From: Eledone cirrhosa
Taxonomy: Eukaryota
Assembly: GCA_964016885.1 (NCBI GenBank)
Contig: OZ024740.1
Span: forward strand, 330,150,001-330,214,000
Direction of reading: 5' to 3'
DNA: 64,000 bases
Positions 61,581-64,000 of this stretch are shown in pieces. Under the pieces are notes generated by a model, which was not told where the DNA came from, ran no database searches, and was given only the letters and a program-made list of their open reading frames with translations. Numbering within the stretch: the first letter of the stretch is position 1; each line of letters opens with the position of its first letter. Position numbers and translations under genes: made by a program.

Positions 61581-61966
61581 TATCAATGATATAAATAAAT
61601 GGAAACTATCTTTATAAAACCAAATTTATTTTATTATATATATTTCAAGGGTACCAAAATATTAGTACGCACTCATCAGATAAAATACAAAAGTTGTTTC
61701 ATAAATATTGACATATCAAAAAAGCAAGAATTTATCGTTTTAAGTTCAGTTTGGATAGTGAAAGAAATTTCAAATCTTAGGATGAATATGTTAATAAATT
61801 GTTATATTTAGACGCTAGGTTTTTTTGGATATGTCAAAATTTATTAAAAAAAACTTTTGTATCGTATCTGATGAGTGGGTACCAAAATCTTGGTATCCTT
61901 GACATATATATAATAAAATAAATATGGTTTCATAAATATTGTTTCCATTTATTCATATCATTGATA
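61581..61966. mobile_element. Protein-free HHR fold-back (HHR at 61627-61687 minus, intact core; 61860-61920 plus, GAAA>GACA)
   Basis: tattttat-CTGATGA-gtgcgtactaatattttggtaccctt-GAAA-tatata-TA-ataaaata. Confidence 0.8.
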
Positions 61967-62265
61967 TTATACACCAGAAGAAGACTTTTGTCTGCTTCGA
62001 ATCAGTTATAAATATATATATATATATAAAGGTTTACATATATATATATATATACATATATACATATACGTGTTTTGTGGCTCAATGAAAAGTTAATAAA
62101 TTAAATAATCAGAGCTATATATTAAAAAACATGTCCATAGAATCACCAGATAAAATATATACCATTTTCTCTCCCAATTAGCATAACTAACCATATAAAA
62201 ATTCGAATAGACCAGGCTATAAGAATAAGGCTTCTATGAAGAAATTTCCAACAAATAATATATAT

Positions 62266-62346
<81 letters not shown>

Positions 62347-62347
<1 letters not shown>

Positions 62348-63277
62348 TACTTGGGGAGGGTCATATTTGTGTAATATTGCCAGAATTAATAACAGAACAC
62401 ACTCACTGTTTGGTTGGTTTTCGCTTCTCGCTGTCTTTTATATCGGTAATCTAACTTATGTTGCCATTGACTGACCTACGGTCAGAGGGTACTTGCAGAA
62501 ACATGACAACAACATACATAGGTGAGACAGCTCGTAGCATAGGTGAAAGGATAGACCAACACTGGGGGGAACTAAAAGGACGAAAAAACGGGGCAGTACT
62601 ATACGAACATGCTAGACAACAACATGACGGTAACATAGACAACATAGAAATTAGAATAATATCTAAACATAGAAATGGCCGAGCAGATAGGCAAATCAGA
62701 GAGGGCAGTGAAATAGAAATTAGAAGACCAAAGCTAAACAGAAAGAATGAATGGAATAACAACACCCAAACAAACAACACTGACCTAAGAGAAGTATAAA
62801 TAAGTAAATAAAATAAGATAAATAAATAAATAAACACATACACAAGCACAATAACAACAAGCACATAAACACACACTAGTCACCCATCACACAGCAAACA
62901 TAACACTATACACACACGGAAACGCATGCGCAAAGAAGACAAAATAAAATAAACAAACAAGCAAATAAATAAATAAATATATAGACAGACTGAATAAAAA
63001 TGGCGTAGACATACAACACAACAGGAGGAAAATATAACACCACTGACGTTGTTGCAGATGTGCAACGAAAGATTTATGATAAACTATATATATGTGTTCG
63101 TGTCTATATTGTATCTGTATTATTTTTGACCGTCGGTCAGTCAATGGACCCATTGAGGACCGAGTAAGTTAGATTACCGATATAAAAGATAGCGAGAAGC
63201 GAAAACCCACCAAACAGTGAGTGTGTTCTATTATTAATTCTGGCAATATTACACAAATATGACCCTCCCCAAGTATA
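62347..63277 (+). mobile_element. PLE family A 3' fragment (EN tail 62483-62755 + pLTR) with an inverted pLTR end at 62347-62484
   Basis: Near-identical to 2308-3125; 62347-62484 is the reverse complement of 63128-63277. Confidence 0.9.
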
Positions 63278-63300
63278 ATAATATTTGTTTCGACACACGA

Positions 63301-64000
63301 TTTCATATAAAAAACCTCGCAAAACCAATTCATCGCCGCTACGGCATTAGCTTGTGCCAAGCTGAAAGGTTATTGAAAGACACTGTTTTCTGTTATATAA
63401 AACTACAATAACAACAGAACAAATCCGCTTCTTAAAACACTGTGTTTCCTCCAAAACATACACAACAAACATATCAAAACAAGTAAATAATTTATTATTG
63501 AACAAAACACAAGCCGAACGACTAAAACACACAATAACAGTTAATATGAAAAGAACAACATACACAAAAGTCAACGAACTTTACAGACAGAAACGCATTA
63601 ACGGTAAGGAAATCTGAAATCTCATCACACCAAACGAGAAGGATAACTTCATGAGCGTCATCCGACGTGAAACGAAATGCGCTCGAAACGAATGCAATAG
63701 GCATTTCAATAAGAAAATAGAATGGATGAATAAGAGAAAACTACAAGAAAGGAAAATCGAATATTCTCAAAAATACCCAGATAACATCGACAATATCCTT
63801 ATGACTGATGTAAAAATACCGGAAGAATTTATCAATGACCACACAGTAAATATCTATGGGAACACTTTAATCAGTGAACAAGAACAACAAATCCTGCGGC
63901 TACCACCAAAATTTGCCATCTACAAAAAGATTAACCCTATGGAGTGCAAAACGGAGCTGGAAAAGTGTTTCACAAAAATACGTTGGAATGCAAAGGTAAA
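63301..64000 (+). pseudogene. N-terminus of a PLE ORF continuing beyond the window (frameshift near 63360, TGA at 63615)
   Basis: IHRRYG...QIRFLKHC...VNIYGNTLISEQEQQILRLPPKFAIY...ELEKCFTKIRW, directly after a pLTR (partial-tandem PLE layout). Confidence 0.75.

Noticed and set aside
63615-63617. In-frame TGA as possible selenocysteine (known in Naiad PLEs)
   Set aside because: This element has a C-terminal EN and a nearby frameshift, and no SECIS was identified

Overview
AT-rich, microsatellite-saturated eukaryotic DNA with no recognisable host gene and one 200-N gap (12973-13172). The SINE types and repeat landscape suggest a cephalopod such as an octopus, but this is inference only. The window is dominated by Penelope-like retroelements (PLEs; RT + C-terminal GIY-YIG endonuclease): about 11 copies or remnants from at least two lineages. 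It also holds tRNA-derived SINEs, two LINE remnants and a probable non-autonomous Helitron/Helentron. Reading by eye shows about 20 intact or decayed type I hammerhead ribozyme (HHR) motifs in PLE pseudo-LTRs and in non-coding repeats. Some carry family-wide core variants (U3-A8 covariation, U4C). Most insertions are fold-backs whose two ends are both element 3' ends facing outward, often into (TA)n. They grade from a near-intact RT-EN element down to protein-free HHR hairpins and a 318-nt tandem HHR repeat (retrozyme-like). The PLE-HHR link and retrozymes are established biology. The local system (variants, geometry, non-autonomous units) is the candidate novelty. All alignments and folds were done by eye.
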